The position numbers and the translations under genes were made by a program. From Eledone cirrhosa (Eukaryota), in NCBI GenBank assembly GCA_964016885.1, contig OZ024744.1, positions 35,588,001-35,652,000 of the forward strand: a DNA stretch of 64,000 bases. The letters are read 5' to 3'. Of this stretch, positions 14,501-27,654 are shown in pieces (position 1 is the stretch's first letter; each line of letters begins with the position of its first letter). The notes under the pieces are model-generated. The model was not told where the DNA came from. It saw nothing but the letters and a program-made list of their open reading frames with translations, and did no database searches.

Positions 14501-16970
14501 CAATTACAACCACCACAACCACCACCACAATTACAACCACCACTACCACAACCACCACTACCACAACCACCACCACCACCACCACAATTACAACCACCAC
14601 TACCACAACCACCACCACAACCACCACCACAATTACAACTATCACTACCACAACCACCACCACAATTACAACCATCACTACCACAACCACCACGACAATT
14701 ACAACCACCACTACCACAACCACCACCACCACCACAATTACAACCATCACAACCACCACCACAATTACAACCACCACTACCACTACCACCACCACCACAA
14801 CCACCACCACAATTACAACCACCACTACCACTACCACCACCACCACCACAATTACAACCACTACTACCACAACCACCACCACAACCACCACCACAATTAC
14901 AACCATCACTACCATAACCACCACCACAATTACAACCACCACAACCACCACCACAATTACAACCATCACTACCACAACCACCACCACAATTACAACCACC
15001 ACTACCACAACCACCACCACCACCACCACCACAATTACAACCACCACTACCATCACTATCACCACCACCACCACCACTACCATCACTACCACAACCACTA
15101 CCATCACTACCACAACCATCACTACCATAACTATCACAACCATCACCACCACAACCACTACAACCACCACCACCACCACCACCATCACTACCACAACCAC
15201 TACCATCACTACCACAACCATCACTACCATCACTATCACCACCACCACAACCACCACCACCACCACCACCACCATCACTACCACAACCACTACCATCACT
15301 ACCACAACCATCACTACCATCACTATCACAACCACCACCACCACCACTACCATCACTACCACAACCACTACCATCACTACCACAACCATCACTACCATCA
15401 CTATCACCACCATCACCACCACTACCATCACTACCACAACCACTACCATCACTACCACAACCATCACTACCATAACTATCACCACCACCACAACCACCAC
15501 CACTACCATCATTACCACAACCACTACCATCACTACCACAACCATCACTACCATCACTATCACAACCACCACCACCACTACAACCACCACCACCACCACC
15601 ACCACAACCACTACCATCACTACCACAACCATCACTACCATCACTATCACAACCACCACCACCACCACTACAACCACCACCACCACCACCACCATCACTA
15701 CCACAACCACTACCATCACTACCACAACCATCACTACCATAACTATCACAACCATCACCACCACAACCACTACAACCACCACCACCACCACCACCATCAC
15801 TACCACAACCACTACCATCACTACCACAACCATCACTACCATCACTATCACAACCATCACCACCACCACCACCACCACCACCACCACCACAACCACTACC
15901 ATCACTACCACAACCATCACTACCATCACTATCACAACCACCACCACCACCACAACCACTACAAACACCACTACCATCACTACCACAACCACTACCATCA
16001 CTACCACAACCATCACTACCATAACTATCAGAACCATCACCACCACAACCACTACAACCACCACCACTACTACCATCACTACCACAACCACTACCATCAC
16101 TACCAAATCCATCACTACCATCACTATCACAACCACCACCACCATCACTACCACAACCATCACTACCATAACCATCACCACCACAACCACTACAACCACC
16201 ACCACCACTACCATAACTACCACAATCACTACCATCACTACTACAACCACCACTACCATCACTATCACAACCACCACCACCACAACCACTACAACCGCCA
16301 CCACCACCACCACCACTACCATCACTACCGCAACCAATACCATCACTACTACAACCACCACCACCACTACCATCACTATCACAACCACTATAACCACCAC
16401 CACCACCACCACCACCAACACCACCACAACCATTACAACCACCACCACCACCACCACCACAACCATTACAACCACCACCACCACAACCACGACCATCACT
16501 ACCACAACCACTACCATCACTACCACAACCACTACCATCACTACCACAAACACTACAACCACCACCACCACCACCACCACTGCCATCACTACCTCAACCA
16601 CTACAACTACCAGTACTACCATCACTACCACAACCACTACAACCACCACCACCACTACCATCACTACTACAACCACTACAACCACCACCACCACCATCAC
16701 TATCACAACCACTACAACCACCAGCACTACCATCATTATCACAACCACTACAACCACCAGCACTACCATCACTACCACAACCACTACAACCACCACCACC
16801 ACTACAATCACTACCACAACCACTACAACCACCACTACCACTACCACCACCACAATGACCATTACAACCACTACCACCACCACAACCACAAACTAGCGTC
16901 ACCATCTCTACAACCGTAACCACAACCACTACCACCGTAACCACCGGAACCACTACCACCACCACCACCG
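11580..16970. repeat. 5.4-kb complex (CCA)n-derived satellite array
   Basis: CCA runs punctuated by caattacaa (to about 15050), then by ccatcacta units; higher-order duplication visible. Confidence 0.95.
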
Positions 16971-17182
16971 TCATTATCTTCAGTCTTATTTTAGATATAA
17001 TATCTCCAATCAATGTTGAATTAGAAGTTATAATTATGTGCCTTATTTTTCTGATTTTAAATTGCAATTTAAATTATCATTTTGATTACATTTTAAATTG
17101 ATGTCGACTATGTCTGTATGTAATATCAGCTGTTATTTAGATCAAGGAAGTTAGCCCTAATTGAGTATCATTATAATAAAAA

Positions 17183-17359
17183 GGGCGGTGAATTGGCAGT
17201 ATCGTTAGAGGGTCGGACATGGTTTCCAGCATAGTTACGTCCCTTTATGTTCTGAGTTCAAATCCCGCCGAGGTTAACTTTGCCTTTCATCCTCTAAAAT
17301 AAAGTACCAGTAATGTACTGGGTAATTGCTGGCCTTGTGTCAAAAGTAGAAACAATTAT
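17183..17359 (+). mobile_element. tRNA-derived SINE family B
   Basis: gggcggtgaattggcagtatcg...tctgagttcaaatcccgccgaggttaactttgcctttcatcc...ggccttgtgtcaaaagtagaaacaatta; about 20 related copies in the window. Confidence 0.9.
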
Positions 17360-17599
17360 AATGAAAACCATTCCAACTATGACCATTCCATCTTATTTAT
17401 TAGACTTAAAATATCTAGCATTACATTATCCAATGTGTTCTTTTTCCAAATATGTTATTTTCATGTAATTTGAAAGTGATTTGGCTGTTATTTCTAGTAA
17501 TCTGAGCAATCATGTAAATGCATTTTCCTTTTTTTCCATTTGGCAGTTTGTAATCCTTAGCAATCTGAAATGTCAGCATACTGTTGCTAGCTTATCTGT

Positions 17600-18745
17600 C
17601 CTGGGTATCTATCTACCTGTCCTATGTAAGCCAATTACAGGCTGTATTGGAAAATAAAGGGGGGAGGTAGGGGATTGCTGAACATACATGATGCTGTCAA
17701 AATAGAAGATATTGGTATGGACTTCTACATGAAAAAAATAAGAAAGAAAAGCTTATAGTGTAGGTTGTTGGGGAAGGCATATTTGAAAAAAATGAAGACC
17801 CCAGAAAACACAAGGGACTGTGATTGCTGAAGAGCATAAAAAAGCATTTGATGAAAAGCCTCTGCATTCAGCATTCCTTAAGGAAACAAAAAATGTGCGT
17901 GATAACAAAAATACTTGGTTATGATTACGGAAAGGCTACATTAAGAAAGGATTGGAAAGACATATTAGCAGCACAAGAGCAAGCTATAAGAACAAGGTGT
18001 ATAATGAAAAACAGACAAGAAAGATGTTAAAGCTAATATAGAATTTGTGGGAAGAAAGCAGAGACCATATTGTTTCAGAGTGTAAGCAGTTAGACCAGAT
18101 TGGTTATAGAAAAGGCAAACATGTTAAAGTGGCTACCATGTTGCACTGGAGCTTGTATAAAAAGTTTGGATTTCCATGTGCTTGGTGTCACAAACAAGAT
18201 GAGAATGCTAGAGAACGATAAGATAAAGCTTTTATGGGACTTCCTAATTTAAACCGAGATGAAGATTGAACACAACTGACCAGATATTGTTGTAATTGAG
18301 AAGAAGGATGTAGCATGTCCTTTTGACACCATACAAATTTAAAATATAAGATCTTGAAATGCTAGCGAAATGAATTGAAGGCAGTTACCATTGTTCCAGC
18401 GGTGGCCGGTGCTCTTGGCATTGTATCAAAGACCCTTGAAAACTACCTGTCAAAAATAGACTTTGAACTAGGGATTGAACTGATCTAGAAGTCAACAGAC
18501 TGAATATTGAGAAATGTTCTGGACTATCAGCAATAGTGAAATGACAAGGAATGATATGAATAAGTTGGAGTTCCCCTGTTGTAACCTGGTATTACTTTAA
18601 ATATTGAGAAAGGTTCTGGACTACCAACAGTAGTGAAATGTTGAGGAATGATATGAAAATGTTAGAGTTACCCTAGGTTACTAGTTGTAGCCTGGTATTA
18701 CCTAAAATAACTGGCTTAAAGCAACATCAAAATTGGTCATGATAA
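17600..18745 (+). mobile_element. Old R4/Dong-like LINE 3' fragment
   Basis: Remnants ILAAQEQAIRTR, C..CGKKAETI, KLLWDF, PDIVVIEK; many stops; ends at a TAA-rich tract. Confidence 0.7.
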
Positions 18746-18761
18746 ATAGTCAAATAATAAT

Positions 18762-19147
18762 TGTTTCTACTTTTGGCACAAGGCCAGCAAATATCCCAGT
18801 GTACCACTGGTACTTTATTTTATCGACCCCGTAAGGATGAAAGACAAAGTTAACCTAAGCGGGATTTGAACTCAGACCATAAAGGGCCGTAACTCTTTGC
18901 TGCAAAGCATGGCGCCCGACCCTCTATCGATACTGCCAAGCCACCACCCTAGTCAAATAATAATTGTTTCTACTATTGGCACAAGGCCAGCAATTACCCA
19001 GTACATTACTGGTACTTTATTTTATCGACCCCGTAAGGATGAAAGGCAAAGTTAACCTCGGCGGGATTTGAACTCAGAATGGCAAGGGCCATAACTGTAT
19101 GCGTCAAAGCATGGCGTCGACCTTCTACCGATTCTGCCAATTCACCA
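18762..19147 (-). mobile_element. Two tandem SINE-B copies
   Basis: Copies at 18762-18949 and 18965-19147; 15-bp TSD tagtcaaataataat at 18747-18761 and 18950-18964. Confidence 0.9.
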
Positions 19148-19164
19148 AAATAATAATAATAATA

Positions 19165-20285
19165 GGTTAGGACTGCTACTGAAAACGGAACTTAATTACC
19201 GCCATCAATGTCTGGGCTGTGCCAGTTATTAGATATAGTACGGCTATTTTGAATTGGACCAAATAAGACATAAAGAAGTTGGATAGGCTAATGCATAAGA
19301 AAATGGTTAATAATTATGCATTGCACCCAAAGGCAAATGTCATCAAGCTATGTACACTATGGAAGGTAGGAGATCGAAGACTTGTAAGTGTGAAAGATAG
19401 CATGGCTAACGAATGCAGGTTCTTAGACTTGGCCAGTCGTAAAGAAGAATTTTTAAGGTCTGCTGCAAAAGGCAGAGGCCTATGCAATGAAACCATTGAA
19501 AGTAAAGAAATTACAAACAGAGGCTGCTGGTTGAAAAACTGTGCACAAGGGAGAGGATGGAATTACATGGTCAATGTGAAAGAGAAACAATGGAAGTAAA
19601 AGTTGGATCTTCATGGAATTGATTGACAAAAAGTGTTTTTAAGAGAGACAGAAAGTTTATTAATAACTGCTCAAGATCAAGCACAAAAAACATGGTAAGG
19701 AATATGTATAACCCAAATGAAATAAATAAACGTAAGTTTTGCGGGAAGAGGTGGAAAGTGTGACACACATCATGAGTGCTTGTGGCATGCTTGCACAGAG
19801 GAAATATAAAAGGCGATAAAAAATCTGCTTAAACCTCGGTATTTATGCAAGAAATATGTGTTTGCAACCACTGAGAAATGGTATCAGCACAAACCAAAGA
19901 AGGTGGTCCTAGAAAACCAGACCGTGAAATTCTTGTGGGATTTTACAATCCAGGCAAAGTTCTTGAAAATACAAGACCAGACATAACTTTGGTGGAGAAA
20001 ATTGTAGCAGACTTGAGAATAGATGTTGAAAGAATGTTGAATAGGAAAGCAAGAGTGGTACCAATTGTGATTGGAGCACTTAGTGATAGAAAACCTCCAG
20101 AAAAACCTTGATAAAATGGGAATCAGCCCTAACATTATGACATTGCACCAAACAAGACTTTTGGGAACAGCAAATATTGTTAATCTGAGGTTACATAACT
20201 TGATAGGGAGTCAATTAAATGATCCAGTATTAATAATCACCATGAAAATGAATATAGATAATGATGATAATAATAATAATAATAA
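19165..20285 (+). mobile_element. Old R4/Dong-like LINE 3' fragment
   Basis: Remnants LITAINVWAVPVIRYS, ALHPKANV, TAQDQA, ILWDF, TRPDITLV, VVPIVIGAL; ends in (TAA)n. Confidence 0.75.
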
Positions 20286-20400
20286 TTGTTTCTACTTTTG
20301 GCACAAGGCCAGCAATTATCCAGTACATTACTGGTACTTTATTTTATCGACCCCGTAAGGATGAAAGGCAAAGTTGACCTCGGCGGGATTTGAACTCAGA
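20285..20400 (-). mobile_element. Truncated SINE-B
   Basis: ttgtttctacttttggcacaaggcc...gcgggatttgaactcaga within (TAA)n. Confidence 0.88.
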
Positions 20401-20410
20401 ATAATAATAA

Positions 20411-20916
20411 TAGCATCCAAAGAGACTGAAAAATAGATGCAAGTAGACCTGATATAATACTGAAGGACTTTAAAAACAGGGTATGCCTGCTAATTGATAT
20501 GTCCGTTCCAATAGACAAGAATGTATCTATAAAAACATTTGAAAAATTGAGCAAGTATAAAGACCTGGAGATAGAAATTGTAAAAATGTGGAAATTGAGA
20601 ACTAAAACAATACCAGTGGTTGTAGGCGCTCTAGGAATGATACCTAAGGGGTCTAATGATTACTTATCGCAAATCCCAGGAAACCTGTGTATAGGAGAAA
20701 TACAAAAGATTGTACTAATGGGAACTACCCATATACTAAGGAAGATTCTGTCAATATAAGTACATCACAAGTCTAAACACCTAAAGATGCATGTGTGTGT
20801 ATGTATGTTCTTTCTTGAACATGGCGGACCTTGTTGTCTCTTGAGGTCACTGGTTGTGATGATGGTGATAACTCGTAGGAACATAAAGCAAGATAAATGC
20901 AATAATAATAATAATA
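20411..20916 (+). mobile_element. 5'-truncated R4/Dong copy (REL endonuclease end and 3' UTR)
   Basis: RPDIILKD...IDMSVP...KLSKYKDLEIE...IPVVVGALG; nearly identical to 34857-35345; flanked by (TAA)n. Confidence 0.92.
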
Positions 20917-21538
20917 GAAAACCCTCCAATTCGTCCTGAATATCTGAGGCTGCAGGTAGTGGCTTGATGTTCATTTGAACAAACTTTCCAGTTAAATAAC
21001 AACAAAGACTGAGACTCCAAGAATAATAGTTTCTTTATTAGCCACACAAGGTTGACATTAAGCAAACAATAGAGACAGCACAGGACTATACAGTGTGGGG
21101 TTTTTGTGTATAAACAATAGGTTATAACAATAACTAAAAAAAATAACACTTCAAAAATCCAACAAACAAAAACAGAGTCAACAATAGGGGAAGGCCTCTG
21201 AGGGTCACTCGTGGAGAAAACCCACAAAAAGCTACAGTCATGTATTTCAATTTACACATTATGAATCCTAATTTATACACACTAATGAAGCACAATGAAG
21301 CAGAAACAACAATTCTATGCAAATTTAAAACGTAACAGAATTTGAATAAATATCAAGTGAAAGATTAATATTGTGTCTTAGTTATTAATGAGAAAGTTGA
21401 CCTTCCAGCAAGTTAATCTGTTTACCAAAATAGATTAAAACAACCAACGAAAATGAAGACTATACCACACATTATTCTTTTAAAATAAAATAGTTGTATT
21501 ATATATAGTAGGCATAGTGGTATTATTATGTTTTGAAG

Positions 21539-21912
21539 GAGGGTGGTGGATTGGCAGTATCAATAGAGTGTCAGGCACCATGCTTTGCAGCATAGAGTTA
21601 CGGCCCTTTATGGTATGAATTCAAATCCTGCTGAGGTTAGTTTTGTCTTTTGTCCTTACGAGGTCAATGAAATAATGCACTGGGGGCAACTTAATTAACT
21701 TTCCCCTCCCTCCAAAATTGCTGGCCTTGTCTCTCTAGTATAAATCAATATTATGTTTTGAAGGGTGGCGGAATGAATTGGTAGAGCATCGGACAAAATG
21801 CCTTGTGGTATATAGTTATGTCCCTTTATGTTCTGAGTTTCATCTTTATGAGATCAATAAAATAGAGTACCAGTAACGTTGATATAATTGACTTTCCCTT
21901 CCCCCAGAAACC
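21539..21912 (+). mobile_element. Two diverged tandem SINE-B copies
   Basis: Both have the ggtgg-ttgg head and the tttgtccttacg/aataaaatagagtacc block; flank atgttttgaagg occurs three times. Confidence 0.8.
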
Positions 21913-22208
21913 ATTATCATGTTTTGAAGGTAAAAGAAAGAAGGATCAAGAGAGAGACTCATTTTGTCTTAAAATCCTTTGATCATAAGTCTGACCTGAA
22001 ATAAACAATATACAACAACAACAACAACAACAACAAAATATATGCTGAAACTATTTAATGAAAATATATTTCTATATTTGAAAACTAATACGAATGAGGG
22101 ATGTATTTGTGTGTGTGGGTGTGTGTGTGTGTGTGATTCCTGATGATTTCTTACAAACGAAACAGTTCTAGTCCTGCAGAACCCATTGCTATATTGATTA
22201 ATGACATC

Positions 22209-22239
<31 letters not shown>

Positions 22240-22249
<10 letters not shown>

Positions 22250-22422
22250 AAGGATGATTTGTTATGTCTTCATTACATTTATTGAGTATTGACACGCGTT
22301 TCGCTATTGATCAGCTCAAAGTTTGATCTGTATCATATTGAACCTTGAGCTGATCAATAGCAAAACGCGCATCACTACTCAATAAATGGAATGAAGACAT
22401 AACAAATTGTCCTTTTATTATT
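22240..22422. repeat. Imperfect inverted repeat with about 85-bp arms, Penelope pLTR-like
   Basis: aaaggatgatttgttatgtcttcatt...gctattgatcagctcaa pairs with ttgagctgatcaatagc...aatgaagacataacaaattgtcctttt; each arm has a GAAAC-GCGT-GTC-like motif and AATAAA. Confidence 0.8.
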
Positions 22423-22859
22423 GTATTTATACTCTGTTTAGTTCTACACCTCGCTACAGACGGGAAACTACTAAATGGAGTCGTTAGACTAATATTCTAT
22501 TTAAAATAACAGAATGATTTCTAGCCCCGGAGTTTAAGAATGATGTAAATAAAATTAAAAACGAAAATGACAGAGGTTATTAAAATAGTAAAAGTAAATA
22601 GTGAAGATTTAGGCCAGTACATACGTATGCCCCGACGGACATACACATACATACGCACACACACATACATACACACGCACAAACACACACACACGCACGC
22701 ACGCACACGCGTATGTATAAACCTTATGCATTTCTACAATATTTTCACCAAACTTAAGACATAGGTTACTTATGTACTCCGGATGGTCATGTGCACTTTC
22801 ATTTTTCCAGATATTGATTATAGGGCCTCCCGACTGAAGCACTGCAGTGCAATGTAACA

Positions 22860-23111
22860 AAACATCATAACTTCTGGAGTTCGCAACCGATTTTCACAAA
22901 ATTTGCCACATGGTCTACGTTTGTCCTACAGATGAATGTGAACTCTCAGAATTGGCACATATTGAGTAGGGGACCCCTGGGCGCAGGAACCTTTTGGAAA
23001 AAGCCGATGATTTTGTAAAAGTATAGTTTTCGAAGCAGCATTGAAGTATTGACATAAATGGTATACACAACTGTTATTTAATACGCGAGCAATGCCGGGT
23101 ACCTCTGCTAG
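22860..23111 (+). mobile_element. Non-autonomous Helitron 3' end
   Basis: Ends gcgagcaatgccgggtacctctgCTAG|T (degenerate subterminal hairpin plus CTAG followed by T); 5' boundary uncertain. Confidence 0.6.
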
Positions 23112-23180
23112 TATATATATATATATATCATCATCATCATCATCTTCGTTTAACGTCCATCTTCCACGTTAGCAGGGGTT

Positions 23181-23225
<45 letters not shown>

Positions 23226-23227
<2 letters not shown>

Positions 23228-25850
23228 TTATTAACCCTACGAAGTCCGATTTAGGTAGACTTAGTAAAAGGATTCTTGATAGAATTATACCTGAAATTAG
23301 AAGTTTGGCCCCTCTTGCACTGTGGAACAATTCTTTCGCGGTGATTGATTGGTTCAACGGCATATGCAACAAGGAACATTGCCGTTTTATCCAATTCGAC
23401 ATCAACAATTACTACTCCTCCATCACTTTACCACTTCTCCTTAGAGCTATCAATTTCGCTAAAACACTCACAGTGGTTAAGGATTTCGAAGTTGATGTCA
23501 TCCTTAATGCCCGTAAGTCGGTGATTAATTTCGACGACTCTATTTGGATTAAAAAATCAAATAGTACCCCATTCGACATGAGTATGGGCGCCAGCGATTC
23601 TGCGGATGTTACTGATCTTATCGGCCTTTTCCTTCTTTTCTCTATCAAGGAAGAATTCCCCAACATGGGCAGTGGTTTGTACCGTGATGATGGTCTTTTG
23701 ACCATGACTAAATGCGGCCCACGTGCTTGCGACAGGTTCAGAAAAGAACTCACAGCCTTCTTTAAAGGCTTCAACCTCTCTATACAGGTTGAGGCCAACC
23801 TCTCGGTCATTAATTACCTCAACGTTACCCTCAATTTATCGAATGGGTTGTATTACCCGTATAGAAAGCTGAATGATACACTTAATTACATAAGTAAGCA
23901 TTCCAACCATCCTGCCAGCATAACCAAGAACCTGGTAAGAAACGTTTCTTTGAGGCTTTCTCGTCTATCTACTAACGAGCATATTTTCAACAACCATTCC
24001 ACATATTACAATGAAGCTCTTGCTCGGAGTGGATTTGTCGATAAGGTAGCATATACAGAATACGAGAATAGACCTAGATGAAATAGATCCCGACGCATTA
24101 TATGGTATAACCCACCATATAATCTGGAGGTGGCCACACCATTAGCTAAGATCTTTCTATCCTTTATTACGAAGTATTTTCCCCCTACACATAAATATAG
24201 TAACATTTTTAATAGAAATACTATTAAAATTTCTTACTCTACGACTCCTAACCTTGCACATAACATCACAGCTTCAAATTTAGCTAAACTACCTAGCCGT
24301 AGGAACACGTGCAACCCTGTAGTTAGTACTAACTGTAATTGTAGGAATCGGGTTGATTGCCCCCTATCCGGGAAATGCTTCTCTAGTAACATTGTCTACA
24401 AATGTAAGGTTGAAACACCCACGTCCCGTAGGGCCTACATAGGGTTAACCGCCAATAGATTCAAGCAGCGTCTTTACATGCATACCCATTCTTTTCATTA
24501 CCCTCTGAGAAGGAATATGATGTCACTTTCAGCTTATATCTGGAGTCTAATAGACAACTACACCCAAAATAATTACACTGGGAGATCCTAGCTAGGGCTA
24601 GATCGTATAACGGAAATAAAAGACCACGTAACCTTTGCGCCGCTGAGGCCCTGGAAATACTCTATGCCACAGACCACATCTTAAACAAAAAATCTGAGGC
24701 AATTTCGGCTTGTAAACATAAATTGCACAATACTTTCCTGTATTACAGCCCCACATTATACCCTAACGGATAGTACTATCTATATGCGGATATTTTACGT
24801 CTTGATGTGGTAGCTAAGTATATGTTATGTTTATACCATTACTTATTTGTATAGGTAAGTATATATTACCTGTATGTTTTGTGAAGTTACGTATACTTTC
24901 TCGTATGTATATTTGATTGTATATGTTATGGCGTATATTTTATATATTCTGGTACATATGCTTTTGGTTATGTGTATACGTGAGTTTTGCGTCTGTGTGA
25001 GTATGCGGGTTCATACCTATGTAGGGTGTGTGTATATATGTGTACTTCTTGTTTTGGTTGACGTACGTCTCCGAACATTTGTGTATTTACATGTAGGTAT
25101 GTGTATGCGCTTGTTATATACGTATTTATTTTTATATACGTTTATTTAATTATTTGTATACACACACGCACACACACACACATATTTATATGTGTGTGTA
25201 TTTGTATACCTATGGCGAGTGTTTTCGCATATGCCTATGGGGGTGTGTATGTATTTATTCAATTTCAATTACCTCTGTATTTTATTTACTTTATTCTTAA
25301 CTCTGTAGCGGAGATTCATTCGGTTTCCTAGTTAGAATTTTAGTCTATGACTTCAGTTATACCATTTACGTGGTTTTCTCTTTGCGTGCTATTGTTCTCC
25401 CCGCTCCACATATGACGTATTATCTTTGTTTTTTCCGTTCATTGCCAGAGAACGTCTCTATGAACCACCTAATAGAATATTAGTCTACGACTTTTTTATA
25501 CCATAAACGTGGTTCTGTCTTTGCGTGTAATTGTTTTTCACCGCTCCAAATAATGACGTATTATATTCGTTTTTCCCGTTCTTTGCCAGGGAACATTTCC
25601 ACGAACCAAAGTATCGTCTTCCTGTCTTCCTCCGGTTGCAACGTTTTTTGAAATATTTACTTCTGCGTTCACAGATTGACTTTGTTAGTTTCAGAAGATC
25701 CCGTTAAGGGTGAAAGCAGCGATTCTTTGCTTAAACTTTAATCTGTTATTTTAATAAATATTTGCTCTACGGTTCTTATATATTTGATATATATTTATCC
25801 TTATCGAGCCCTCTTTGGATTTTAGTCTTCAAATTTATTATTATTACTAT
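23226..25850 (+). mobile_element. Penelope-like element: RT plus GIY-YIG endonuclease and long 3' region, 5'-truncated
   Basis: FIQFDINNYYSSI, FDMSMGA, GLYRDDGL, INYLNVTL, YISKHSNHP, IIWYNPPY, CNCRNRVDCPLSGKC, IVYKC...YIGLT...FKQR; in-frame TGA at 24079 and a frameshift near 24560. Confidence 0.93.
25333..25608 (+). repeat. About 140-bp diverged direct tandem duplication in the PLE 3' region
   Basis: tagaattttagtctatgac...gaaccac (25333-25468) versus tagaatattagtctacgac...gaaccaa (25473-25608). Confidence 0.85.
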
Positions 25851-26000
25851 ATATATTTATAATAATAATAATAATAGTATATGTATATATGTGTGTGTGT
25901 ATATCTATATATATATATATATATTGAAGGAAATGTGGTAAGGAACCAGGTGGACCATAACGCACCAAAGTACTCAATACTTAGGGTAGTAGAGTAGGTA

Positions 26001-26119
26001 ATAGGAACAAGTAGACCCCGACGGCTGAGCTCAAGCCGTTTCGACGGCTAATTCTGGACTAATAGTCCAGAATTAGCCGTCGAAACGGCTTGAGCTCAGC
26101 CGTCGGGGTCCTACTTGTT

Positions 26120-26124
<5 letters not shown>
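26001..26124. repeat. Near-perfect palindrome (61/62-bp arms, 1-nt spacer)
   Basis: ataggaacaagtagaccccgacggctgagctcaagccgtttcgacggctaattctggacta-a-tagtccagaattagccgtcgaaacggcttgagctcagccgtcggggtcctacttgttcctat; one indel between arms. Confidence 0.95.
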
Positions 26125-26163
<39 letters not shown>

Positions 26164-26400
26164 CTAGAATTGCCTTTACCCTACATCTCATGTCCTTTCT
26201 GTGTGTTGATAAATTGAATTAACAATCAGGTTTGGAGGTGTTCAGTGGTGGCAGTCATTTCAGTTGATTATGCGTCTCTCTACCAAATTTTCTGACCTGG
26301 AAAGTTATTAACCTTATGATAACGATGATCATCATCAATGTTACAGTTGTTGTTATTGTAATCATTGTCATTGTCCTCTTCCTCCTCCTCCTCCTCCTCC

Positions 26401-26444
<44 letters not shown>

Positions 26445-27654
26445 TTTACTGCTATGGTCATGGTCAATATTATCAATAGGCATAAGCATCATCACCAATA
26501 CACTCATTATTATTTCAAATTAAGCAATATTTATATAATTATTATTTTTTCATGATGGTGCATATGTGTGTATTTGTGTGTGTACAAGCATGTGTGTGTT
26601 TGTGTGTGTACATGTGCCTTGTGCATTTGTGTACATATGAGCATTGAAGGTGACTTTAAAAAAAAAAAATTTAATATCGCTATGGACAGACCAAGGCATT
26701 AATAAAGCAGTGATAGATTATTGATCTCTCTCTGAGAGAAATGATCATCTCTCTCTCTTTCCTTATCTGTTGGTCTCTTTCTGTCTCCATCTTTCCTACT
26801 CTTACTCTCATGTTATCATCAAATAGTGATAGCCATGCAAGCTTTCTTGTTAGTTTTTGAAATCGATTTTTGCCAATCATCTTGCATAACGAGATCATGG
26901 TCCATTTAATGATGCTGAAATCAATATGGCTTAGTGATCGAAACTAGGAGGAAATATTTTCCCCTATTTTTATTTTTTGTTTTTGTTTATTTTTTTGCTT
27001 TGTTTAATCTTGTTTGTGTTATTTTTTATTCTTGATTGGTCACCTAATAATATTTGCAATGAATATTGACTGGCAGTAAAGTGAAGAAGAATAATGATAG
27101 TCTATTTAAAGTAAGCAACATTGGTTAAAGAAGAAAGCATTTCTAAGGTTTACCACGGTTAAATATGCTGTGCTGGTCGGTTTATTGATTTATTTTCTTT
27201 TGGCGTATATTTAAGGAAATCAATCAATCTATATATCTTATAGGCTGTCTCTCTGTTAGTCTATCTATTAGTCTGTCTGCAATGTTTGGAAATTCACTTG
27301 CATGTACATCTGTTAGTCCTCCCATATGTCTGGTTGTTAGTCAATTAATTTGTCCATATGCCAACCACCAATCTGTTCATAAGTACATCTATCAGTCCAT
27401 CCATATGTCAGCCTGTCCATCAGTCAAACAACAAGTAATCTATCAGTTCTTTTGTATGTCTATCTCTCAGCCCATCTGCATATTTGTTCATCAGGCTGTC
27501 TGTCATTTCATCTATATGTTCCTCCATCATTCCATCATGTTGTCAGTCTGTCTGTCAGCATAATCTGCTTATATATCCGTCTCTCAATCCATCTATATGC
27601 TTGTCTATCTCTCAGTCCATTCATATATTAGTGTGTCTGTCCGTCAACACTGCC

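Noticed and set aside
11514-16896. 1783-1791 aa Pro/Thr or Val/Gly/Cys ORFs (mucin- or keratin-associated-like)
   Set aside because: CCA-derived repeats are open in several frames on both strands; no signal peptide, splice context or third-position variation pattern.
23305-24591. Prokaryotic RT system (retron/group II intron) or telomerase
   Set aside because: RT motifs followed by a Cys linker and GIY-YIG identify a Penelope-like retroelement.
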